This document shows, piece by piece, positions 9,164 to 16,676 of a DNA stretch of 64,000 nucleotides (position 1 is its first letter; every line of letters begins with the position of its first letter). The DNA is taken from the NCBI GenBank assembly GCA_016934515.1, contig JAFGSR010000077.1:1330-65329 (forward strand). Direction: 5' to 3'. The stretch comes from Sedimentisphaerales bacterium (GTDB lineage: Bacteria; Planctomycetota; Phycisphaerae; Sedimentisphaerales; SM23-30). The notes below the pieces were generated by a model. That model ran no database searches and had not been told where the DNA came from. It saw nothing but the letters and a program-made list of their open reading frames with translations. The position numbers were made by a program, and so were the translations under genes.

Positions 9164-9907
9164 CTAATACCGGACCCACTGCAACGACAAACCGTGCGCC
9201 GGGGCCATCGGCCCCGCTGCGCTGCGGTCCCGCGCCGCCAGAATCTCCTCAACCGCCCTCGGCTGCCAGTAACCCCGACCCACCTCCAGCAGCGTCCCCA
9301 CCATGTTCCGCACCATGTGATACAAAAACCCGTTGGCTTCCAGATCAAAATAAATCCAGTGAAATTTCTTCCACACCGCACACCGCTTCAGCGTACGCAC
9401 CGTAGATTCCCGCCCGTGACCTGCCGAAGCAAAACTCGCAAAATCATGCTTCCCCACCAAATACTCCGCCGCCTCCTGCATCGGCTCCAACTCACAACTG
9501 TGGTAATAATGGTAACAATATTTTGCACTAACCGGAGGCAACTTGTCGTAATTAAAAATCGTGTAGCGGTAGAGCTTGCTCTTCGACGAACCAATCGCAT
9601 CAAAATCATCCCCAACATCAGTAGCTTTCCTAACCCGAATATCCCGCGGCAGCCGAGTGTTAATCGCATGGTGCAGCCGCTCCGAGGGAATCGGCGTGGA
9701 TGATCGAAATGTCGCCACCTGCCCCGCCGCGTGCACCGCGGTGTCCGTCCGACCCGACCCGCGCAACTCCACCGGATGGTTAACCACCCGCCCAATCGCA
9801 CCTTCCATAACCTGCTGAACCGTAACGATCTCCCGCTTCTGCCGCTGCCAGCCGTGATAGCCGCTTCCGTCGTAAGCAATGGTAAGTTTGATTTTACGCT
9901 CAGCCAT
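9164..9907 (-). CDS. truA: tRNA pseudouridine(38-40) synthase
   Basis: 247-aa ORF containing IAYDGSGYHGWQRQ and GSGRTDTAVHAAGQVA (catalytic Asp block). Length is typical for TruA. Confidence 0.9.
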   Translation of the reverse strand: MAERKIKLTIAYDGSGYHGWQRQKREIVTVQQVMEGAIGRVVNHPVELRGSGRTDTAVHAAGQVATFRSSTPIPSERLHHAINTRLPRDIRVRKATDVGDDFDAIGSSKSKLYRYTIFNYDKLPPVSAKYCYHYYHSCELEPMQEAAEYLVGKHDFASFASAGHGRESTVRTLKRCAVWKKFHWIYFDLEANGFLYHMVRNMVGTLLEVGRGYWQPRAVEEILAARDRSAAGPMAPAHGLSLQWVRY

Positions 9908-9914
9908 ATAATGC

Positions 9915-10919
9915 TTACTTCAACAACTCTTCGGCAATCTGCACCGCATTCAGTGCAGCACCTTTGAGCAACTGATCGCCCGCAACCCAGATATTAATAC
10001 CGCGATTGTCCGCAATCGATTCATCCTGACGAATCCGACCCACCAGAATATCACCCTGGCCGGTAGCGTCGATAGGCATCGGAAAATAATTGTTCTCAGC
10101 GTCATCAACAATCGTAACTCCCGGCGCCTGATGGAGTAAGTCCACCACCTGCTCCGGCTCCATCGGTTCGGTGAATTCCAGATTGATACTTTCGCAATGA
10201 GTCCGCAGCACCGGCACCCGCACACAAGTGCAGGTGATGGCGATGGAATAATCATTGAAAATCTTGTGAGTTTCGTGAACCATCTTCATTTCTTCGACGT
10301 TATAGCCGTTTTCGCCGATATTGCTGTCGTGGCTGAAAACGTTGAAGGCACAGGGGTGCTTAAAAACGCTGGGAGTGATTTCTTTGCCGTCGAGAACGTC
10401 GCGGGTTTGTTGTTTGAGCTCTTCCATCGCCTGCCAACCCGCGCCGCTGACGGCCTGGTAAGTGCTAACTACCATGCGCCGCAAGGGGTTAACGCGGTGC
10501 AGCGGCCAAACCGGAACGATGCCGATGATGGTGGAGCAGTTGGGATTGGCGATGATGCCTTTGTGCGTTTGAATAGCTTCGGGGTTGATTTCCGGGATAA
10601 CCAGCGGCACATCGTCCTCCATGCGGAATGCTGAGGAGTTATCCACGACGATGGTGCCTTTTTTAGCGGCGATGGGGGCGAAGTGCTTGCTGATGGAGCC
10701 GCCGGCGGAAAAAAGTGCAATATCAACGTCGTCAAAGCTGTTTTCGGTGAGTTCTTCGATCGTGTAATCGCGGCCGGCAAAGGTCATCGTTTTGCCGGCG
10801 GAGCGGGAAGAAGCGAGAAATTTATAGTTTTCAGCGGGGAAGTTCCGGGTTTCCAGAAGCGCCAAAAATTCCTGACCGACCGCACCGGTTACACCGGCAA
10901 TTGCAACGTTCCAAGACAT
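9915..10919 (-). CDS. asd: aspartate-semialdehyde dehydrogenase
   Basis: 334-aa ORF with NAD(P) fold VAIAGVTGAVGQEF, active-site block IANPNCSTI and a C-terminal LLKGAALNAVQIAE block. Confidence 0.93.
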   Translation of the reverse strand: MSWNVAIAGVTGAVGQEFLALLETRNFPAENYKFLASSRSAGKTMTFAGRDYTIEELTENSFDDVDIALFSAGGSISKHFAPIAAKKGTIVVDNSSAFRMEDDVPLVIPEINPEAIQTHKGIIANPNCSTIIGIVPVWPLHRVNPLRRMVVSTYQAVSGAGWQAMEELKQQTRDVLDGKEITPSVFKHPCAFNVFSHDSNIGENGYNVEEMKMVHETHKIFNDYSIAITCTCVRVPVLRTHCESINLEFTEPMEPEQVVDLLHQAPGVTIVDDAENNYFPMPIDATGQGDILVGRIRQDESIADNRGINIWVAGDQLLKGAALNAVQIAEELLK

Positions 10920-11102
10920 AATCTTTTACCTTTCCGACAGTTACATTAAAAACCGTAATTTTTCAATGGAGCCGATTCAGCGATCGGCATCCCGACTGGA
11001 TTGGTAGTATATCGGAATTTTAACGGAAAAACAAGTGGTTTGCTTGAGACTTCTATGATTGGTTAGGTTTAGAGGGTGAGTATGTTTTTGATGGATTAAC
11101 CA

Positions 11103-11159
11103 CCGCCTGGCAGCGGGGTCTGAATGGTCGGTTGGGGAGCGGAGCGACGCAGCCAGGCG
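11103..11159. repeat. GC-rich hairpin module (9-bp stem ccgcctggc / gccaggcgg)
   Basis: A perfect 9-bp inverted repeat separated by 39 nt, located inside the 827-nt non-coding stretch. Confidence 0.6.
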
Positions 11160-11287
11160 GAAACGTAAGTTCTTATTTTACGTGTTGCAGAATCGGACCC
11201 ATTATTCGATGCGGAGTATCCATTAATGGGACGAAAATGAACGCCGAAATGTGTCCATAAGCGCGACAAAAAGCGTGTCAAAAATGA

Positions 11288-11415
11288 GAAAAAGTTAAAT
11301 TCAGTCAAAAAACCGGGGCGAAAGTTGAGTGGTTTTGGGGTGATTTTTGAAGAAAGTTGGGGCAAACATAGCGGTTTTTTGCAGAAAGTTGCGATTTTTG
11401 AAAAGGGGCTGTCGC
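11288..11415 (+). repeat. four 32-nt phased units each opening with GAAAGTTG (first unit GAAAAAGTTA)
   Basis: Unit starts lie at 11288, 11320, 11352 and 11384. The array is bracketed by a perfect 10-bp inverted repeat, aagcgcgaca (11259-11268) and tgtcgcgctt (11410-11419). Confidence 0.65.
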
Positions 11416-11746
11416 GCTTTTGGCCCGGGGAATCAGCGACCGAAAAATGATGTAAATCCTTATTAGACACTGATTTGCACTGATTTTTATGATTTTAATT
11501 CCTAGTGAGGTGGTGGGGTATAAAATTTTGAATTTTTTCACGCAAAGACGCCAAGACGCCAAGATTTTTAGGCAGGATAATTCACCTGCAACAGAGACAG
11601 ACGCATGATTGACGGAGTGGGGAGCGGGTGGTTATAATGGAGGTAGAATGAAGAATAATTAAGAAAAGATCAAACATTTTCTACTTCCGGTCAGAGATTA
11701 AGCGATAAATGTACCTGACTCTTTTAGCTTGTTGACCCCTTTAGCT

Positions 11747-12559
11747 TCAGGCATTGTTTTTTAGCAGTATTATGAGATTTTGCGGGGTAAGCATCTGGAG
11801 ATCACTTTGTTTCTCGATGAAAGGCTTTATATCTGCGATAACTTTGTTCCAATCGAATTCTGATACCCTGGCGGCGATATGCTGTCTCCAGTTTTCTTCG
11901 GTCAGTTCCGGCCCTGACCAGCCTGTTTGTTTCAGGGCATTATTTAGCAAAAGGATATTGGGTTCCGGCCATTTTCTGTCCGAAAGGTACCACATAAGAT
12001 CATAAACATCTCTGCCCTTGGTATATTTGCGCGTTGCTAAAGCATGTAGTTTTCCCGCCAGCAAAGAGCTTTTGTCATAATGCTGAAGATTTAAAAAACC
12101 ATGTTTCCTGATGATGCTGGTTTCCAGTTTGGCTCCGGTGGGAGGATTACAGTCAATTTCTATTTTGATTGAGATAATTTCAGAACCAAGAGGCGACAGA
12201 TCCAGTTCATAAAGCAAACCGCTGAATTTGATAAATGCTGCTTTTACGGTTTTGGCGGCTTTGGCTTTAATGGTTATTTTATAATCTTCTGCAAGAAATC
12301 TGTCCTTAATTTTTAGCATAAGTTCTTCAAAGTTGTCCCGGATTTTCGGTTCTGTGGTTGAGAAATCCAGGTCTTCGGAAAAACGAGGCATCGAATACAG
12401 AAATCTTAAGGCGGTCCCGCCGACAAATGCCCAGTTCACAAAAGCTCCATTTTCCTGAAGACACTCGAGCATTCTGGCCTGTAGATATTCACGGACAAGG
12501 CATCGGGCAAAATTAGTGTCCCGGATTTTTTCGATTTGCTGTTTTAAATAATCTTTCAT
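11747..12559 (-). CDS. nucleotidyltransferase AbiEii/AbiGii-family toxin (type IV TA / abortive-infection module)
   Basis: 270-aa ORF with the block FVGGTALRFLYSMPRFSEDLDF characteristic of AbiEii. It has a 4-nt ATGA overlap with the upstream partner. Confidence 0.8.
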   Translation of the reverse strand: MKDYLKQQIEKIRDTNFARCLVREYLQARMLECLQENGAFVNWAFVGGTALRFLYSMPRFSEDLDFSTTEPKIRDNFEELMLKIKDRFLAEDYKITIKAKAAKTVKAAFIKFSGLLYELDLSPLGSEIISIKIEIDCNPPTGAKLETSIIRKHGFLNLQHYDKSSLLAGKLHALATRKYTKGRDVYDLMWYLSDRKWPEPNILLLNNALKQTGWSGPELTEENWRQHIAARVSEFDWNKVIADIKPFIEKQSDLQMLTPQNLIILLKNNA

Positions 12560-13188
12560 AGTTCAATACCTTCGCCTTGGTGAAGAACTTTTTCAATATT
12601 ATTCCGGGCCCGGCTGAGCTTGGGAAGTTTAAATCTTTGTACAAACTCGCTTAGTGTCTTTTGGTTAATCCGCTCAAAGTTCTGTAGCCTTAGTTCTTTG
12701 ATAAACTCGATTTCATCACCGCCCGGAGTCAGGTAAATCAGATCTAGAAGTGCTTTTTCGGGGCGGGCGATAAACACCGTTTGTCTGAATTTAAGCTCGA
12801 CTTGCTGATAGCCCCAGAAGTATTTTTTGCTTATATGCCGGAATTCAAAGCGGCCTAACGGAGTTTCAACATTTTGAGGCCTTGCTGTAGTAATGTTTGT
12901 AACAACCGGAACAAATTCCGGGATCATTCCATACCAGGACAGGGCGGAATGCAGGCTTACATACGAAGGCTGCTTTAGACGGTTGGCGATAGTGAATGGT
13001 TCACAGGAGACTTTTCGGTAAGGCTCGGCAAGGGTGTAAAGACCCTTGTGAAGTCTGATAATCTTTCCGCTCTTGACCCACCTGCTGATTTGCAGCCTGA
13101 TTTGGGGCAGATTTTGCCCGGCAGCCAGGAAACTGACAGTAAAAACCGGCAAATCGGAAACTTTTGCTAATAAGTCGGTGTATTTCAT
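12556..13188 (-). CDS. AbiEi-family antitoxin / transcriptional regulator
   Basis: 210-aa ORF with a winged-helix-like N-terminus (LQISRWVKSGKIIRLHKGLYTL). It is translationally coupled to the AbiEii gene. Confidence 0.75.
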   Translation of the reverse strand: MKYTDLLAKVSDLPVFTVSFLAAGQNLPQIRLQISRWVKSGKIIRLHKGLYTLAEPYRKVSCEPFTIANRLKQPSYVSLHSALSWYGMIPEFVPVVTNITTARPQNVETPLGRFEFRHISKKYFWGYQQVELKFRQTVFIARPEKALLDLIYLTPGGDEIEFIKELRLQNFERINQKTLSEFVQRFKLPKLSRARNNIEKVLHQGEGIEL

Positions 13189-13354
13189 GGCGACAATATA
13201 TCATATAAGATAAAATAACGCAATAGATATTTCGTCATAAAACAGCTAAAACTTTAGCAGGCCGGTATAAAAGCCGGTACCCTACCCGTCAATCCGATAA
13301 TCCTCTGAAACCAAATGCTTTCGACTTCACTTCTTAGGGGGAATATAAAAAGGC

Positions 13355-13409
13355 GGAAAAGGATTTGACAGGGTGGCTGGATTGGTGAGATAATATTTCT
13401 AAACCTAAA
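13355..13409 (+). repeat. promoter-like module copy with no obvious downstream gene
   Basis: The sequence ggaaaaggaTTTGACAgggtggctggattggtgaGATAATatttctaaacctaaa is about 85 percent identical to 15232-15285. It contains TTGACA (13365-13370), an 18-nt spacer and GATAAT (13389-13394). Confidence 0.6.
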
Positions 13410-13440
13410 TTCAACTTCGCTGCAATAATGCAAATTACTA

Positions 13441-13490
13441 CGGTTGAGATTGCCGCGTCGGTCTTGGGGACCTCCTCGCAATGACAGTTT
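13441..13490 (+). repeat. 50-nt direct repeat, copy 1 (cggttgagattgccgcgtcggtc..gacctcctcgcaatgacagttt)
   Basis: 47 of 50 positions are identical to 13688-13737. Confidence 0.85.
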
Positions 13491-13538
13491 GTGTGGTGCT
13501 CGGGTGGGGTATAAGAAAGTCCGAAATCCGAAACAAAT

Positions 13539-13578
13539 CTGGATGCCCGATCAAGTCGGGCATGACAAGTCAGGGCGG
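13539..13578 (+). repeat. hairpin module ctggatgcccga-n-tcgggcatgacaagtcag-gcgg, copy 1
   Basis: A near-identical copy lies at 22309-22348. It contains the palindrome atgcccga..tcgggcat. Confidence 0.8.
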
Positions 13579-13687
13579 AGGAGTTGGGGAAAAAATAAGA
13601 ATGCCGGCGATACGGGGGACTCATTGAATCATGGGAAAGATGCCGGTGGTACGGGAGAATGTGTGTAGATTGCACAATGGCATCGAG

Positions 13688-13737
13688 CGGTTAAGATTGC
13701 CGCGTCGGTCCTGCGGACCTCCTCGCAATGACAGTTT
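13688..13737 (+). repeat. 50-nt direct repeat, copy 2
   Basis: 47 of 50 positions are identical to 13441-13490. Confidence 0.85.
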
Positions 13738-13805
13738 TTTAAGAGTGCCGGCGAGACGCCGGCGGTACGGGGGACAGCGTGGGATGAAGGGCATCTGAGA
13801 CTCAA

Positions 13806-15179
13806 TTATGCGTCCATTCTAAAAGTCGGTAGGGGGCGGCCTTGTTTGTGGCGTTGGTAGTAGTAATAGAATCCCCAGTAGATGGCTAGGTTTGCGAGCC
13901 AGGAATTTTTCTTTAGGGGTAAGAGTTTTAGGCGGGCGAAGGCGGAGGCGGGGTGGTAGAAATCGCAGAAGGCGGCCATTTGGGCTTTGGCTAGTTGTTG
14001 GGTGGTTAATTGTTTCGGCTGGAAAACTACTGTTGCGCCGTTATATTTTTCCCAGTCTTCGGTTAAGAGGCGGCCTTGTTTGCGGTATTCTTCGAAAATG
14101 GCGGTTCCGGGATAAGGTGTCAGGATCGGATAGCAGCTCATCACCAGTCCGGCACGCTGAGCAAAACGCACCGTTGCTCGACAGGTGTCCCAGGTATCAT
14201 TATCGAATCCGAAAATAAACGAGCCCCACAAGCTAATATCGTGGGACTGAATTTTTTTGATGCGCTGGATATAACTTTCGGCTTTTACGTAGTTCTTATG
14301 CGCCTCGGTCAGGGTTTTGGGGTTGGGGCTTTCCAGGCCGATGATTAAGCCCTGGCAGCCGCTGGCCCGCATGGCGGCGAGCAGTTGGTCGTTATTGCTA
14401 ATCAGAATGTCGCACTGCGAGGCCCACTTGATGTTGAGCGGTTTTATTTTTTCGCAAAGTTCCAGAGCCCAGCGGTGGTTGCCGGCGAAGTTGTCGTCGC
14501 TGAAAATGAAAAAATTGCTTCCGGTTTCCTGGGCGGCTTTCATTTCGTCAACGATGCTTGGTATCGAACGCTGACGGTACTTTCGTCCGAACACGGCTGG
14601 TGTGGTGCAGAAGGTGCAGTTGTGCGGGCAGCCTCGCGAGGTCTGGATGGGATTATAAACCAGGTAATCTTTCGGGTTGAGCAGGTCTTTGCGCGGGGTG
14701 ACAATCGGGGCTTCGGGGTAATCACGCCAGTTATAAATCCTTTTCAACTCATTTCCCGCGGCGATGTCATTCAAAGCATTTGGAAATGTTCCTTCGGCAT
14801 CACCCAGGCAAACCGCGTCGCAATGTTCGAGTGCTTCTTCGGGCAAAGCTGAGGGATGTATCCCGCCCATTATCACTTTGACGCCCAGTTTGCGATAGGC
14901 GTCGGCCAGTTCGTAGGCTCGTTTGGCCTGGGTGGTCATGGCGCCTATTGCTACGACATCAACATCCGCACGGGGTGAGTGTCCCTGTTCCTGTATGCAC
15001 TCATCGACTATTTCTATTTCCCAGCCCGGCGGGGTCACGGCGGCACAGATTGCCAGGTTCACGGGCATAAACAAACCCCGCCGCCCCATGGTTATTTTGG
15101 TGATTACGTCCGGCAGGGTGATGGTTGTCAGAGGGCTGTTGGGATTTATTAAGCGTAATTTACTCATAATTTTTTGCAT
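13806..15179 (-). CDS. B12-binding-domain radical SAM protein (class B, DUF4070-type C-terminus)
   Basis: 457-aa ORF with an N-terminal Rossmann-like B12-binding region (VDVVAIGAMTTQAKRAYELADAYRKLGVKVIMGGIHPS). The CxxxCxxC motif SRGCPHNCTFC lies at nt 14604-14630 on the minus strand. Confidence 0.85.
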   Translation of the reverse strand: MQKIMSKLRLINPNSPLTTITLPDVITKITMGRRGLFMPVNLAICAAVTPPGWEIEIVDECIQEQGHSPRADVDVVAIGAMTTQAKRAYELADAYRKLGVKVIMGGIHPSALPEEALEHCDAVCLGDAEGTFPNALNDIAAGNELKRIYNWRDYPEAPIVTPRKDLLNPKDYLVYNPIQTSRGCPHNCTFCTTPAVFGRKYRQRSIPSIVDEMKAAQETGSNFFIFSDDNFAGNHRWALELCEKIKPLNIKWASQCDILISNNDQLLAAMRASGCQGLIIGLESPNPKTLTEAHKNYVKAESYIQRIKKIQSHDISLWGSFIFGFDNDTWDTCRATVRFAQRAGLVMSCYPILTPYPGTAIFEEYRKQGRLLTEDWEKYNGATVVFQPKQLTTQQLAKAQMAAFCDFYHPASAFARLKLLPLKKNSWLANLAIYWGFYYYYQRHKQGRPLPTFRMDA

Positions 15180-15231
15180 GACTGGGTATTCAAGCTAACA
15201 AAAAGAACGAAAGTAATCCATTAGAAAATCT

Positions 15232-15285
15232 GGAAAAGAAATTGACAGGGCGGCTGGATGGGAAGGATAATATTTAAGCCTAAAA
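15232..15285 (+). promoter_or_regulatory. sigma-70-type promoter module upstream of the MtaA-like gene
   Basis: TTGACA (15242-15247), an 18-nt spacer and GATAAT (15266-15271), 70 nt before ATG 15340. It has an A-rich upstream tract and is a duplicate of 13355-13409. Confidence 0.55.
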
Positions 15286-15339
15286 TGGTGAAGTGAGTCA
15301 GGGGGATAACAGGTAAGAACAGAAGAAGGGCGGAGGCAG

Positions 15340-16431
15340 ATGGATTCGATAGAGCGATTTCGGTTGGCGATGGAGCACCAGGAACCGGACCGGGTGCCGA
15401 TTGACTATTGGGCGACGTCGGAGATCAACGCCAAGTTGCGGGAGCATTACGGATTTTCCGAGCAGGAGGAGTTGCTGGAGCATTTGGAGGTGGATTTTCG
15501 TTACATTGATGGGCCGAAGTATGTCGGGCCGGAATTTACGATTCGCGAAGATGGGTCGAAGGAGGACCATTTTGGGGTGTCGCGTAAGATGGTCAGTTAC
15601 GGTGAAGGGGGCAAGCAGGGGGCGTACAGTGAGGTGGTGGAGTATCCGCTGGAAGGGGCGGGAAGTGTTGATGAAATCGAGAGCTATGCGAAATGGCCTC
15701 GGGCGGATTGGTTTGATTACGAATGTGTGCGGGAGCAGGCGCGGGCGGCAAAGGCTAAGGGTAAAGTTGTGGTGTTCATGGGGGATCGGTTGAATCGTTG
15801 TGCCCAGTTGAAGCCGGCGATGTATGTGCGCGGGGTGGAACAAATTCTAGTGGATATTATGATAAATCCGGAAATGGCACGTGCTATTTTCGGCCGGATT
15901 GCGGATTTTTATGCGGAATACGCGCGGCGGACGCTGGAGGCAGGGGAGGGAAATATTGATATTTTTTTTACCGGGGATGATTTTGGTACGCAGAACAATA
16001 CTTTTATGTCGGTGGAGAGGTGGCGGGATTTTCTGCGGGAGGGATTTAAGCGGTTTATAGACATCGGTCATGAATTTGATTGCCTGGTATGTCATCATAC
16101 CTGCGGGAGTATATTTAAGCTGTTGCCGGAATTTGTGGAATGCGGGCTGGATATTCTTAATCCGCTGCAGCCGGAAGTGGTGGGGATGGATTACGAGTTG
16201 ATTAACGAGCAGTTCGGGAAGAGTTTGTCGTTTCATGGCGGGATTTCTATACAGAAGACCTTGCCCTACGGCAGTTGCGACGATGTGCGGAATGAAGTGA
16301 AGAATCTGCGGAAAAGCATTGCCCCCGGGGGCGGATATATTTTCTGTACGGCTCATAACATCCAGACGGATACATCGTTGGAAAATGTGGAAGCTTTATT
16401 CAGTGCTTATAAGGAGTATGGCAGGTATTGA
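15340..16431 (+). CDS. URO-D superfamily protein, MtaA/CmuA-like (corrinoid-type methyltransferase fold)
   Basis: 363-aa ORF with N-terminus RFRLAMEHQEPDRVPIDYW. An H-x-C motif (VCHHTCGS) plus a later Cys (GGGYIFCTAHNI) match the MtaA-type Zn triad. Confidence 0.75.
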   Translation: MDSIERFRLAMEHQEPDRVPIDYWATSEINAKLREHYGFSEQEELLEHLEVDFRYIDGPKYVGPEFTIREDGSKEDHFGVSRKMVSYGEGGKQGAYSEVVEYPLEGAGSVDEIESYAKWPRADWFDYECVREQARAAKAKGKVVVFMGDRLNRCAQLKPAMYVRGVEQILVDIMINPEMARAIFGRIADFYAEYARRTLEAGEGNIDIFFTGDDFGTQNNTFMSVERWRDFLREGFKRFIDIGHEFDCLVCHHTCGSIFKLLPEFVECGLDILNPLQPEVVGMDYELINEQFGKSLSFHGGISIQKTLPYGSCDDVRNEVKNLRKSIAPGGGYIFCTAHNIQTDTSLENVEALFSAYKEYGRY

Positions 16432-16546
16432 CGAGGGGGGCAGCGAATTGGCGGGGGGAGGATTTTCCAGGAGCAGCTAAAAAACCCAGGGTAAGCCTTA
16501 CAGGTGTTCAAAATGCTCTTTGGAGGGGGAAAAAATGAAAAAGGAT

Positions 16547-16575
16547 TTGACCGGGGTGGGAAAGTGGGGTATAAT
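16547..16575 (+). promoter_or_regulatory. near-consensus sigma-70 promoter upstream of the TetR gene
   Basis: TTGACC (16547-16552), a 17-nt spacer and TATAAT (16570-16575). It is preceded by gaaaaaggat, as in the other two modules. Confidence 0.6.
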
Positions 16576-16676
16576 GAATGGTGTTCAGTAAGTGAATATT
16601 GGTTATTTGGAGTTTGGAGCGTGGTATCGGTTATCGGTTATCAGTTATTTGGTGATGGTGGTGGCAGGGTCTTTAA

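Noticed and set aside
11288-11415. A possible CRISPR array, suggested by regularly spaced repeats.
   Set aside because: Only 8 nt are conserved per 32-nt unit, there are only four units, and no cas genes or leader are present. It is far below CRISPR repeat length.
11096-11562. ORFs 11096-11470 (124 aa) and 11305-11562 (85 aa).
   Set aside because: They lie entirely in repeat and hairpin DNA, have no RBS and have low-complexity products. They are best explained as chance frames through repeats.
10230-11746. A chromosomal replication origin, suggested by origin-polarity GC-skew flip plus a nearby 827-nt gene-free region with phased repeats.
   Set aside because: - No dnaA, dnaN or other origin-linked gene is nearby.
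- I could not find a DnaA box with fewer than 2 mismatches to TTATCCACA.
- The flip itself lies inside asd.
- The skew changes sign again at about 33 kb and several more times, which no single origin explains.

The idea is kept only as an alternative explanation in the findings.
13254-13675. Small ORFs (75, 113 and 74 aa) between the AbiEi gene and the radical SAM gene. I considered them as RiPP precursors for the radical SAM.
   Set aside because: They are translations of the shared repeat modules, which recur at 22.3 kb and elsewhere. The radical SAM has a B12 domain, and I saw no SPASM or RiPP-recognition features.
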